Below are positions 28,041-37,322 of a stretch of DNA of 64,000 nucleotides, piece by piece. Under the pieces are notes generated by a model that worked only from the letters and a program-made list of their open reading frames with translations, was not told where the DNA came from and searched no databases. Source of the DNA: Candidatus Iainarchaeum sp. (GTDB lineage Archaea > Iainarchaeota > Iainarchaeia > Iainarchaeales > GCA-2688035); assembly GCA_017610175.1 (NCBI GenBank), contig JAFCCO010000001.1:64001-128000 (forward strand), written 5' to 3'. The position numbers and the translations under genes are program-made. Each line of letters begins with the position of its first letter. Position 1 is the first letter of the stretch.

Positions 28041-29117
28041 ATGCAAGAGCGGGTTGGGTTTGAATCTAGCGAGGTAAGGAAAGAATTCTTTGCAGCCGTC
28101 AGAAAAGCAAGTAGAGTTAGTAGTTGGGACAAACTTGCTAACTTTTTGGCTTTGCATAGATCTCAATTCCAAAAATACCAATAGGGGGCGCTGTTTATTT
28201 CTTACAATCGGTTCAATTCAATGATACATTTATTGTCGATAGAAAAGCAAACTTATTTCAAAGCAAATATAATTAGCAGGCCCTGGAATTGGGGTGCGAT
28301 TAAAGGCGGAAAGGCTTGTTTTGAAAAGCACAAAGACGAAATTATTGGTGGGCTTAGAACTGGCTTCAACGAAAAGTTCCTTAAGAGTGAAAGAGAGCAG
28401 TGGTATAGATTTATGGAAAATCCGCTCTCAACAGAGCTTTGTGAATTTATAGGGGCTGTCATAGGAGATGGTTGTATTACTGCCTCAGCAGGTAAGCGAA
28501 CAAGACCACTTTATTGTGTAAACATTACAGGGGATGCAAAACTTGATAAAAATTATCTTACAAATACTCTCCCGGCAATTATTGAAAGACTTTTCAATAT
28601 TACCCCTTGTATATATTTTAGGAAAAAGAAAAGAGCGATGACACTCAATTTTCACTCTAAAATGTTGTTCAAAATGTTTACAAATCGATTTAATTTTGTA
28701 TCGGGCAATAAGACATTTAGTGTTACTATTCCTGATGAAATACTCTTAGCAGGGAGTGAATTCATTTTCGCGACGACTCGAGGAATTTTTGATACCGATG
28801 GATGTGTTTTCTTTGATTTGCGAAAAAAGTATAAGAAACCGTATCCTCGAATAACTTTGAATATTGTAAGTCAGCCACTGTTCATTCAGCTGAAGGATTT
28901 TCTTAGCAAGTATTTCTCTCTTTACACTCAGCACAATGTCAAGAGAAATAGTTATTATGTTGAAGTTTATGGTCACAAACAATTTGAGAAGTGGATGAGA
29001 TTGATTGGATTCTCAAATCAGAGGCACCTTAGCAGAATAAGGGGTAATTATGAGCTCCGACCGGGAGTCGAACCCGGGACCTCGTCATTACCAATGACGC
29101 GCTCTGAACCAAACTGA
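28041..29117 (+). CDS. Free-standing double-motif LAGLIDADG endonuclease-like protein with an in-frame TAG at 28182-28184; 3' end overlaps tRNA-Thr on the opposite strand
   Basis: LCEFIGAVIGDGCI and TRGIFDTDGCV motifs. ORFs 27972-28184 and 28221-29117 are in the same frame, separated by TAG plus 12 sense codons. Confidence 0.8.
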
Positions 29118-29128
29118 GCTATCGGAGC
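29053..29128 (-). tRNA. tRNA-Thr(GGT)
   Basis: GCTCCGA acceptor; CGTCA-TT-GGT-AA-TGACG arm; U73. Confidence 0.95.
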
Positions 29129-29168
29129 AATATAAAAACTTACAATTAGAAAACTATTTTAATCTGTC

Positions 29169-30419
29169 CTATTCAAGCAGCTTTCTGAGTTTCTCAAGCT
29201 TTTCAAGCGAAATCTTGCTTTGCTTTCCCGACTTAAGCACTTTAACGGTCAGATTCTTTTCCTTCAACTCATTTTCTCCAAGAATTGCCACAAGCGGAAT
29301 CCCTTTCTTGTCCGCATACTGGATGTTTTTTCCGATTCCGCGGTTCATCAAATCCGTTTCACAGTTCAGTCCGAGACCGCGAATCTTTTCGGAGACCGCG
29401 ATTGATTGCTCAACCGCCTTGTCCCCAAGCGGGACAACAAATATATCGGCTGAAGCCTTTTTCTCAATTCTTTTCTCCAATGAATCAAGAAGCCTTTCCA
29501 CCCCAAATGACCCTCCAATTGCCGGCGTTTTCTGCCCGCCGTAGCTTTCCACGAGCTTGTCATAGCGCCCACCTGCAGCCACACTTGGCCCGTCTTTTAG
29601 CTTTATTTCAAAAACCGTTCCTGTGTAGTACTCGAGTCCGCGTGCAAGGCTTAAGTCAACTTCAATAAACTTGTCAAGCCTGTTTTTTTTCACAAGCCCC
29701 ATTACCTGCTGCAGCGCTTTGAGCGGCTCATCATTTTTAAGCTTTAATTTCGCAAGGTCGTTTAGCGCAACCTGCTTCAGAATCTTTGATGAAATTTCCT
29801 TTTCCTTCAGCTCTTTCTCAACCCCTTTTTCCCCAATCTTGTCAAGCTTGTCCAAACATCTGAAGCAGTCAACGATTTTTTCCTTTTCAATTCCGCAGCA
29901 GAGTGCAATTTCCTCAAGCAGAGTTCTGCTGTTTACAACAACCTTGAACTCCCCTTTCTTGAATCCGAGGGCAAGCATTGTTTTTGCGCAGATTGCCAGA
30001 ATTTCAAAGTCTGCCAGGGGAGAGGCGCTTCCCAAAATGTCAAAGTCTGCCTGAGTAAATTCACGGTATCTCTTTGCCTGCGGCCTGTCGTACCTGTAAA
30101 CTCTTCCCACTGCATACCTTTTGAAAGGCCTTTGCAGCTGCGGATTTGTTGCGGCAACGCGTGCCAGCGGAACGGTTAAATCAAACCTTAGCCCTAGCTC
30201 TCTATCCGACTTGTCCTTGAAGTAGTAAATCTCTTCCTTAATTGCTTCCCCGCCTGTTCCCTTCTTTGCAAGCAGTCCAAACTCCTCCACAATAGGGGTT
30301 TCCATTGGCTCAAAGCCGTAGCTCTCAAAAATAGATTTGCAAATGGATTCAATCCACTTTTTCTTTGAGGCCCTTTCCGGAAGAAAGTCCTGCATTCCCC
30401 TGACCGTTTTGAAGCTCAT
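29169..30419 (-). CDS. hisS: Histidyl-tRNA synthetase
   Basis: RGMQDF, LRFDLTVP, YRYDRPQ..RYREFTQ, RGLEYYTG and GGRYD motifs; anticodon-binding domain present. Confidence 0.96.
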   Translation of the reverse strand: MSFKTVRGMQDFLPERASKKKWIESICKSIFESYGFEPMETPIVEEFGLLAKKGTGGEAIKEEIYYFKDKSDRELGLRFDLTVPLARVAATNPQLQRPFKRYAVGRVYRYDRPQAKRYREFTQADFDILGSASPLADFEILAICAKTMLALGFKKGEFKVVVNSRTLLEEIALCCGIEKEKIVDCFRCLDKLDKIGEKGVEKELKEKEISSKILKQVALNDLAKLKLKNDEPLKALQQVMGLVKKNRLDKFIEVDLSLARGLEYYTGTVFEIKLKDGPSVAAGGRYDKLVESYGGQKTPAIGGSFGVERLLDSLEKRIEKKASADIFVVPLGDKAVEQSIAVSEKIRGLGLNCETDLMNRGIGKNIQYADKKGIPLVAILGENELKEKNLTVKVLKSGKQSKISLEKLEKLRKLLE

Positions 30420-31084
30420 TTCAATTCACCTAAACCAATTTTTCCTGTGTAAAGCGCCATTCCAATTACTGCCTTTACTCCGGATTCTTCAAGCTTTTCT
30501 GCCTCTTCCCTGCCTGAAATTCCTCCGGCTGCACTAATCTTATTTCTACAAACGCTTTTTAACCTTTTAATTGTTGCCCAGTCAGGCCCCTGCATTAATC
30601 CCTCCTTTTCAATGCATGTGTAGAGGAATTCACCGCAGTATTGCCCAAGCCGTTTTGCCCGCTCAACAGGCCCTTCGTTCAATGCATTTTTCCAGCCCTG
30701 CACTGCAACCTTTCCCTCCCTGCTGTCTAATGCAACAATCACCCTCTCCCTCCCAAATTCTTCACATAATTTGGAAAGAAATTCTGGCTCTGCCCTTGTT
30801 CCAATAATTACTTTCTTTGCCCCTGCTTCAAAAACCCCTCTTGCTTTTTCCACTGAACGAATTCCTCCTCCAACTCTTGCGTTCACAATCCCGCAGATTT
30901 TTTTCACCTCTGCAAGATTGCTTCCCTGTTCCATTGCGGAATCCAAATCAATTACCTGAACCTCTTCAAATTCTGAAAAGCGCTGCGCAAACTCTGCCGG
31001 GGGCTCTGCAATTGAGAGAGCAAGCCTTTTCCCCTGCTTCAGCTGAACAACTTTTTTGCCCATTAAGTCAATGCTTGGAATCAA
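30416..31084 (-). CDS. hisA: ProFAR isomerase HisA
   Basis: IPSIDL...VVQLKQG, IDLD, VGGGIR, EG...GPD and AAGGI motifs. Confidence 0.92.
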   Translation of the reverse strand: MIPSIDLMGKKVVQLKQGKRLALSIAEPPAEFAQRFSEFEEVQVIDLDSAMEQGSNLAEVKKICGIVNARVGGGIRSVEKARGVFEAGAKKVIIGTRAEPEFLSKLCEEFGRERVIVALDSREGKVAVQGWKNALNEGPVERAKRLGQYCGEFLYTCIEKEGLMQGPDWATIKRLKSVCRNKISAAGGISGREEAEKLEESGVKAVIGMALYTGKIGLGELK

Positions 31085-31848
31085 ATTCTCACCTCCAGTC
31101 CCTTTTCTTTTAGAAACTCCTTTGCCTCTGCAATTGAGCAGTCTTCCCTCTGGAAAATGCCTGCCGCAAGAACTGCGTCAGCCTCTCCCTTGTCCAGCAC
31201 CCCGTACAAGTCCTTTGGGCTTCCAGCTCCTCCTGACGCAATCACCGGAATTCCAACAGATTCACTTACCTCTTTTGTCAGCTTTAAGTCAAAGCCGCTG
31301 TTTGTGCCGTCTTTGTCCATGGACGTGAGCAGTATTTCTCCTGCCCCAAGCGATTCCGCCTGTTTTGCCCACTCAACCGCGTCTTTTTCAGTCAATTCCT
31401 TGCCCCCGTAGATTGAACACTTCCAGCCTGAACCGCTGTGCTTTGCGTCAATTGCAACAACAACGGCTTGCCTTCCAAACTTTTTTGAAAGAGTGGTTAT
31501 GAGTGATGGATTGAGCATTGCAGATGTGTTAATGCTTACCTTGTCCGCCCCCGCTTTGAACGCAGCAACTGCCTCTTCCTCTGAACTAATTCCCCCTCCG
31601 ACTGTGAGCGGGACAAAGACCTGCGCAGCGCTTTTCCTCACCACATCAAGCATTGTGCCCCGCCTTTCGGCTGAAGCCGTTATGTCAAGGAAGCAAATTT
31701 CGTCCGCTCCCCCCCTGTAATACTTTTCCGCAATTTTGCTTGGTTCCCCAACATACTTTAGTTCTGAGAACTTTGTTCCCTTTACCACCCTTGCGCTTTG
31801 GCCGCTTAAGTCGCAGTCAAGGCAGGGAATTATTCTTTTTGCAAGCAT
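31081..31848 (-). CDS. hisF: IGP synthase cyclase subunit HisF
   Basis: MLAKRIIPCLD, VVKG, FLDITAS, TSMDKDGT and IASGGAG motifs. Confidence 0.96.
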   Translation of the reverse strand: MLAKRIIPCLDCDLSGQSARVVKGTKFSELKYVGEPSKIAEKYYRGGADEICFLDITASAERRGTMLDVVRKSAAQVFVPLTVGGGISSEEEAVAAFKAGADKVSINTSAMLNPSLITTLSKKFGRQAVVVAIDAKHSGSGWKCSIYGGKELTEKDAVEWAKQAESLGAGEILLTSMDKDGTNSGFDLKLTKEVSESVGIPVIASGGAGSPKDLYGVLDKGEADAVLAAGIFQREDCSIAEAKEFLKEKGLEVRI

Positions 31849-31850
31849 TT

Positions 31851-32447
31851 TTATTTCACCTCCGTTTTTGCAAAATTTCTCAATATCTTTAGACCTGCGT
31901 TTCCGGACTTTTCCGGGTGGAACTGTGTTGCGGCAAGGTTTCCTTTCTGCACTGCTGCGCAGAACCTTTTTCCGTAAAACGATTCAGCCGCAATCGCTTC
32001 CTTTTCAGGGACTGCAAAGAAGCTGTTTGCAAAGAAGAACCATTCTTCTCCAATTCCCTCAAACAATCCTCTGCTGCTTAAGGGAATTACCTGATTCCAG
32101 CCCATTTGCGGAACCTTTTTTGCAACAGTGAACCTTTTCACGCTCCCCTTCAGCCGGCAAAGGCCCTCTCCCTTTGATTCCTCACTTTCCTCGAAGAGAA
32201 TTTGCATTCCAAGGCAGATTCCGAGAAACGGCTTTTCAAGCGCAGCCCTTTTCAGTGCCTGCTCAATTCCATTTTCCCGAATTTTCTCCATTGCCTGCCC
32301 AAAGCTCCCTACTCCTGGCAAAACAATTCTCTTTGCTTCAGCTATTTCCTTTGCTGTTGAAGCAAGGGTGGTTTCCTGCCCTATTTTCCTGAATGCGTTC
32401 TCAAGGCTCTGTATGTTTCCGCAGCCGTAGTCAACTATTGCAATCAT
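31851..32447 (-). CDS. hisH: IGP synthase glutaminase subunit HisH
   Basis: MIAIVDYGCGN, LPGVGSF, GICLGMQ and QFHPEKS; true start at 32447 overlaps the hisI stop. Confidence 0.95.
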   Translation of the reverse strand: MIAIVDYGCGNIQSLENAFRKIGQETTLASTAKEIAEAKRIVLPGVGSFGQAMEKIRENGIEQALKRAALEKPFLGICLGMQILFEESEESKGEGLCRLKGSVKRFTVAKKVPQMGWNQVIPLSSRGLFEGIGEEWFFFANSFFAVPEKEAIAAESFYGKRFCAAVQKGNLAATQFHPEKSGNAGLKILRNFAKTEVK

Positions 32448-32767
32448 TTCCTCACCCTCCCAAGAAAGCAGGTTTTCCTGTTCAAGTGGCAGGCGTTCCC
32501 CTTCTGCTTGACCATGAAAAGCAGGGAATCCCTGTCGCAGTCGCTCAAAGCCAAAATAAGTTCCTGTGTGTTGCCGCTTGTTTCTCCCTTTTCCCAAAGC
32601 GATTGCCTGCTTCTGCTCCAGTAAATTCCCTTGCCTGCCCTCAGCGCCTTTGCAAGTGACTCTTTTGAGGAGTATGCAAGCATCAGCACCTTTCCCGAAT
32701 CAATTTCCTGCACTACGGTTGGAACAAGCCCGTTGCATTTCTCCCACTTAATTGCGTCGCTTTTCAT
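32444..32767 (-). CDS. hisI: Phosphoribosyl-AMP cyclohydrolase HisI
   Basis: GLVP, YWSRSR..LW.KGETSG, DCDRD and ACH...TCF; start at ATG 32767. Confidence 0.95.
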   Translation of the reverse strand: MKSDAIKWEKCNGLVPTVVQEIDSGKVLMLAYSSKESLAKALRAGKGIYWSRSRQSLWEKGETSGNTQELILALSDCDRDSLLFMVKQKGNACHLNRKTCFLGRVRK

Positions 32768-33614
32768 TGTTTCGCCTCCGCAATTCGTTGAACACCGCGT
32801 CAACCGAAACGCCCTGCTCCAGCAGTAACGCTGAAACAAAGTAGAGGAGATCAGCTGCTTCCCACACAACCTTGCTTTTCCTTCCCTCAAGTGCTGCCTC
32901 AATTAACTCAAAGCATTCCTCGTTGAGTTTCTTGCAGAGCAGGCTTTTGTTGGAAAGGAGTTTTCGCGTGAAACTTTTTGGGTTTGATGAAGCGCTTTCG
33001 CGCAAAGCATTTGCAAGCCCCTTCATTTCAAACGAATTCTCCTGCTTCTCCCCAATGAGAACGATGTCGCTTTCAAACACCTTCTCAAGAATTGAGAGCC
33101 CGCATTCGCGCATTGCCTTTCCGGTGCAAACTACATCCAGGCACAAGTCTGCAATGCCCTGCTCAACCGCTCTCTCAAGGTTTCCGTTGACTTCCTTCAC
33201 TTCAACGCTTAGGCCGTTGCGCCTCAGCTTCTCCAAATAGTTTTCGCTAAGAAGCCTGAACTTTGGGTTTACCGCACAGGAAACCGTTCCCTTTCCCTCC
33301 AGTTTTGTGGTCTCATATCCAAGCAGGCAGAGTGTTGGCTTTCCAAAGACCATTCCCGCTCCCCTCCAGGGAATCTTTTTGAGAATCGCGAGAGAGGTTT
33401 GCGTTCCAAGGCAGTATTCGGTGAAGAGATCTTCCCCTGTTATTCCAATCGCTTTGGAGCCGGCTGAATTCAGCTCGTCCACAAGCTTTGGAATGTCCTC
33501 CCCCCTAAACTCTATTGTTTCTGTATTCCCAAACCCTTCTTTCTTTATTGCTTTAAGGGACCTGTCCCTTAATCCACTGTTTTTTGGCAACAGCACTTTT
33601 GTGAAGTGAACCAC
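32748..33614 (-). CDS. hisG: Short-form ATP phosphoribosyltransferase HisG fused to a C-terminal HisE (PR-ATP pyrophosphatase)
   Basis: LPK, RGEDIP, GITGED, GNLE and IAD..DVVCTG.....GL (HisG), then SFT..L...KKL.EE..E...WEAADLLY...L..R (HisE). Confidence 0.88.
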   Translation of the reverse strand: MVHFTKVLLPKNSGLRDRSLKAIKKEGFGNTETIEFRGEDIPKLVDELNSAGSKAIGITGEDLFTEYCLGTQTSLAILKKIPWRGAGMVFGKPTLCLLGYETTKLEGKGTVSCAVNPKFRLLSENYLEKLRRNGLSVEVKEVNGNLERAVEQGIADLCLDVVCTGKAMRECGLSILEKVFESDIVLIGEKQENSFEMKGLANALRESASSNPKSFTRKLLSNKSLLCKKLNEECFELIEAALEGRKSKVVWEAADLLYFVSALLLEQGVSVDAVFNELRRRNNEKRRN

Positions 33615-34075
33615 CCTGCATTCTTACGTCTGTTTCTGATTTCATCTAGTTGCACCTCCGAAGTTATTGATGAAGTAAATCACTTTCAGAAAAAGAATTG
33701 GTTTGGCAAAGCCCTTTAGGGACCCATGCATCACCTCCACCAGAAGCAAAGCTGGCACACAGGCTTTTCCCGGGCAATATCTGAGTACTGTTGTTTTTTG
33801 GATTATTTAATGATTTCCTTTTCCTGAGAATTTGCTGTTTTGTATTGATGGAAAAGGGTAAAGGGCCGCGGCCGGGAATCGAACCCGGTTCCATCGGACC
33901 ACAACCGAAGATCCTAACCGTTAGACTACCGCAGCCATTGTTTTTTGTAATAGAATTTGTTTCTAAAAAGAAATAAGAAGCTTTCTTCACGCCGGATTGT
34001 TTAGCCTCAAGGCTGAAAAAATCATTTCTGCATTCTGCCTTTTTCGCCGTAAAAACAGCCGTGAAGTAAATCACT
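33601..34075. promoter_or_regulatory. Three copies of a palindromic GTGA-N6-TCAC-like site around tRNA-His and the hisG start
   Basis: GTGAAGTAAATCAC at 34061, ATGAAGTAAATCAC at 33670 (TGAAGTAAATCACT identical, 14 bp) and GTGAAGTGAACCAC at 33601. Confidence 0.5.
33864..33936 (-). tRNA. tRNA-His(GTG) with genomically encoded G-1
   Basis: G-GCTGCGG acceptor, C73, anticodon loop TT-GTG-GT, TTCGATT loop. Confidence 0.93.
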
Positions 34076-34171
34076 CATAATAAAATTGTCCACCAACTTC
34101 TATTTAAAGGTTTGCAGAATCCGGCTCCCAAACAATTAAATAAATCCAATTCACATAGTTATTTGGGAAAC

Positions 34172-34561
34172 ATGGCTTATACTGCTGGCGAGCGCGGAAA
34201 AGAAATGCGTGCGGAAAGGGCTGCGGAGGCGCGAGAGGGAAGAATGCTTACCATGCAGCGCACTCCGAAAATGATTCCGCAGCAAAGGCGTGCAAGCGCT
34301 TTTTTCAAGTTGCCTTTTATTGGCGGGCTTTTGCAGGCAATTTATGTTTGGGTTGCGGGAAGGGGCGTGTTTCGGGCAATTTCAAGAAGGCAGCCTTTGC
34401 GCAGGGCGCCACACGTTCCAGGCTCACGCTTCAGGCCGCTTCGCGCAAGAACGCGGAATGGTGCTTTGGCCCAAAGGCATGCAGGGCGGTTGGGTCCTGG
34501 TTCACGTGATTTTATGGCAAGAGCCACAAAGCCGAGTAATTTGAGGCGAAGGCATCGTTAA
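34172..34561 (+). CDS. Arg-rich hypothetical protein with a central hydrophobic segment
   Basis: ATG 34172 after a TATA-like tract; FFKLPFIGGLLQAIYVWVAG; ends NLRRRHR. Confidence 0.55.
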   Translation: MAYTAGERGKEMRAERAAEAREGRMLTMQRTPKMIPQQRRASAFFKLPFIGGLLQAIYVWVAGRGVFRAISRRQPLRRAPHVPGSRFRPLRARTRNGALAQRHAGRLGPGSRDFMARATKPSNLRRRHR

Positions 34562-35208
34562 AGCGACTGCCTTACTTTTTCTGCAATTTCCCTTTTTGCC
34601 AAAATCAGTATTTTTTGCCCTGGCTTTACAATCGTGTCCCCGTCGGGAATTACGAGGTTTTTGTTGTCCAAAAGTGCAACGATTGCTGAACCAGGTGGGT
34701 GCTCTATTTCTTTTACTTTCTTGTTTGCAATCTTGTGCTTTTCGGTTATTTCAATTTCCATTATTTCTGCGGCTCCCCTTGAAATGAACGCAAGGTCCAG
34801 CACACCTGGCTTTGTAATTAATTCGGCAATGTACCCTGCGGCAGCTGCCTCGGGGTGAATTACAATGTCTATTCCAAGCTTTTTCAAAACCTCTTCGTCG
34901 TAGTCAACTTTTCCGATTCTTGCCGCAACCTGTTCTGCCCCCAGCTCTTTTGCAAGCAGTGAAATGACCATGTTTGTTTCGTCCTGCCCTGTTAGTGCAA
35001 CAACGGCGTCGCATTCCTTTACCCCTGCTTTTTCAAGAACCCCTGGTTCTGTTCCGTCGCCCTGTGTTGCAATAATGTCAAGGTCGCGGCTTATTTTGTC
35101 GCACCTTTCCGCACTCTTGTCTATTACAACCGCGTCATGCTCTTCCTCAAGCAAAAGCTGTGCAAGAAAGTATCCCACCTCTCCTGCGCCTATAATTATG
35201 ATGTACAT
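34558..35208 (-). CDS. trkA: Trk potassium uptake NAD-binding subunit
   Basis: IIGAGEVG, GDGT, DETN and IHPE motifs; TrkA-C domain. Confidence 0.93.
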   Translation of the reverse strand: MYIIIIGAGEVGYFLAQLLLEEEHDAVVIDKSAERCDKISRDLDIIATQGDGTEPGVLEKAGVKECDAVVALTGQDETNMVISLLAKELGAEQVAARIGKVDYDEEVLKKLGIDIVIHPEAAAAGYIAELITKPGVLDLAFISRGAAEIMEIEITEKHKIANKKVKEIEHPPGSAIVALLDNKNLVIPDGDTIVKPGQKILILAKREIAEKVRQSL

Positions 35209-35251
35209 GTGCTATCGCTTTACTTAAGTTCTTTCCCGTATTTAATACCTT

Positions 35252-36730
35252 TCACTTTCTGGAGGCACGAAATGAAAGGGCAAAGCCTATTGCTGAAAGA
35301 ATCGGCACTATTTCAAGCCTTCCGACCCACATGTTGAGTATTAGCATTATTTCAACGGCAAGAGGCATTCCTGCATGTGTTATTCCCGCCGAAATTCCGG
35401 CATTGCTTTGCGCTGAAACAACCTCAAACAAACTGTCCGCAAGAGTGTTTCCGTGAAGCGTTAAAACCATTACGCCTGCAACAATGAAAACCATCCAGAT
35501 GAGGATGAACTGGTTTATTTCCTTTATTTCGCGAATCTCCAAATTCCGGCCCTCGAATTTTCTTGCAAAAAAGCTTTTGGCCGGCAAAATCGCTTCCTTT
35601 ATTCTCCAGTAAACCGATTTTACAAAAATTATGAACCTTGAAATTTTTATCCCGCCCGCTGTGCTTCCTGTGGAGCCGCCGATTAACATTACGCCCACAA
35701 GAACGAGCTTTACAAAGTCGTCCCACTGCCTTATGTCTGATGCGGCAACGAGTGAAAAGCCGCCGCATGTCAGGGCTGAAAAAGAGTGGAAGAACGCATT
35801 TATGACAACATCAACATTTCCCCCGTAAAAGAGAACCATTTTGGGCAAAATCATAAATCCCCCCAAAAGCCCCAGAAGTATTAAGACCTTGAATTCTGCG
35901 TCATGCAAAAGAATTCCGAGCCTTTTTTTCTTGAAGACCAGGTAGTGGACCGAGAAAGAGGTTGCACCCAAAATCATTATTAATATCAGGCTCAGGTCAA
36001 TTGCAATAGGGTGTGCTCCAAGCAGGCCCTGTGACGTTATGTCCATTCCTGTTGTGCTGATTGCGGACATGCTGTAGTTTATTGCGGTAAACAATCCCAT
36101 CCCGCTGAGGAAGAGAAGTATTACCCCGAAAATTGTAAGACCAATGTAAATGTTCCAGATTTCCTTAATTGTGTTCTTAATATTTGGCTTGATTCTTTCA
36201 TCCCTGCCCTCCGCAGTGCTTAGCTTGCTTGCCCGGCTGTAGGTTGTAAGGATTCCTGTTAAAGCCATGATTACAATTCCAACCCCTCCAATCCAGGAGA
36301 GAATGCTTCTCCAGAACACAAGCGAGTTTGGGGCGTAGTCAATGCTAAAGCGCATTACGCTAAGTCCTGTTGTTGTCAGGGCAGACATTGCCTCAAAGTA
36401 GCCGTCTATAAATGTCATTCCCTGCACGAGAACAAAGGGCATTGCGGAAATTCCGCAGTAAACAAGCCAGAAAATTGATGCAGTGAGAAACGCGTGTTTC
36501 AAATCCGTTTCCTGCGTGGGGGCAAAGGCGTTCCTTAATGCAAGCCCCACCGCAAACGCAACCCCTGCCGAAATTAGGTAGCCTATTGCGATGGAAAACG
36601 GCTCGCCGTAGTAAAGTGAAACAAGAAGCGGGGCAAGAAATGTTACCGCACTCCACTCAATCATTGTTCCAAGATCGCGAAGAACAACCCTTAAGTCCTC
36701 TTTTCCAAGCCGGATTAAACTAAAAGCCAT
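35252..36730 (-). CDS. trkH: Trk potassium uptake membrane subunit
   Basis: SALTTTGLS, WIGGVG, GGSTGSTAGGIK and GRLEI motifs. Confidence 0.95.
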   Translation of the reverse strand: MAFSLIRLGKEDLRVVLRDLGTMIEWSAVTFLAPLLVSLYYGEPFSIAIGYLISAGVAFAVGLALRNAFAPTQETDLKHAFLTASIFWLVYCGISAMPFVLVQGMTFIDGYFEAMSALTTTGLSVMRFSIDYAPNSLVFWRSILSWIGGVGIVIMALTGILTTYSRASKLSTAEGRDERIKPNIKNTIKEIWNIYIGLTIFGVILLFLSGMGLFTAINYSMSAISTTGMDITSQGLLGAHPIAIDLSLILIMILGATSFSVHYLVFKKKRLGILLHDAEFKVLILLGLLGGFMILPKMVLFYGGNVDVVINAFFHSFSALTCGGFSLVAASDIRQWDDFVKLVLVGVMLIGGSTGSTAGGIKISRFIIFVKSVYWRIKEAILPAKSFFARKFEGRNLEIREIKEINQFILIWMVFIVAGVMVLTLHGNTLADSLFEVVSAQSNAGISAGITHAGMPLAVEIMLILNMWVGRLEIVPILSAIGFALSFRASRK

Positions 36731-36752
36731 GGAACAAATAGCTTCAAAGAAC

Positions 36753-37322
36753 TTAATAAAGGTTTTCAGGGCTTTGTCCCAATTGCTTTATTGCATGGTT
36801 ATAAGCTGGTTCGGCTATTTTTCTTGCTTGCTCTGATGTTATCCGTTCAAACATCCAGTCCATCTTTCTTCTCACCTTTTCCTTTCCCAACTTATTTGCA
36901 AGCCCGGTGTGTTTGATGGCGTTTGTTTCAAAGTAGCTTATGCTGTCTGCATCCTTTATTAGGTTGGATTCGGCGTCTCCGCCAACCTCGTGCTTTCCAA
37001 CCATGTTCTTGATTCGCTCTATCTTGCCCTGTTCATACCCCTCTTTTTTCAGGAATTCGGAAACAATTCTTGCGCCCTCCCTCTGGTGCTCTTCCAGGAT
37101 TTTGGGGTCATTGAATTCTTTTTCTTTAAATGTCTGCTCTGTGTTTGTTTTTCTAAAAGCCCTTGCAATGTCGTGGGCGTAGGCTGCGATAATAATCGCT
37201 TCGTCAGAATCAGGCTTTAGCCTTTGTGCCCAGCGGGCGGCGCTCTCAAAGTGCTCCAGGCTTTTGCCGGTTGCGCTTTTTTCATAGGACTCTTTAACAA
37301 ATTGCTTTACCTTTTCCAGCAT
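36753..37322 (-). CDS. HD-domain protein (DUF4202-like)
   Basis: H...AAYAHDI...H...HEVGG...DADS motifs. Confidence 0.85.
   Translation of the reverse strand: MLEKVKQFVKESYEKSATGKSLEHFESAARWAQRLKPDSDEAIIIAAYAHDIARAFRKTNTEQTFKEKEFNDPKILEEHQREGARIVSEFLKKEGYEQGKIERIKNMVGKHEVGGDAESNLIKDADSISYFETNAIKHTGLANKLGKEKVRRKMDWMFERITSEQARKIAEPAYNHAIKQLGQSPENLY

Noticed and set aside
12097-28184. Genome-wide TAG recoding (pyrrolysine or Gln), suggested by two in-frame ambers
   Set aside because: TAG ends conserved genes at their expected C-termini (hisS, polB directly after the PIP box, hycI, FTR). No pyl genes or CUA-anticodon tRNA are in the window. Both cases are in dispensable genes.
33668-33784. Second C/D box sRNA (TGATGA at 33668, CTGA at 33781)
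   Set aside because: Spacing is too long, there is no convincing C'/D' pair and no target was identified.
33553-33790. Classical His-codon attenuator leader
   Set aside because: The uORFs contain at most one His codon, and no clear terminator/antiterminator pair is visible.
33664-34074. 136-aa minus-strand ORF
   Set aside because: It spans tRNA-His and has no protein-like features.
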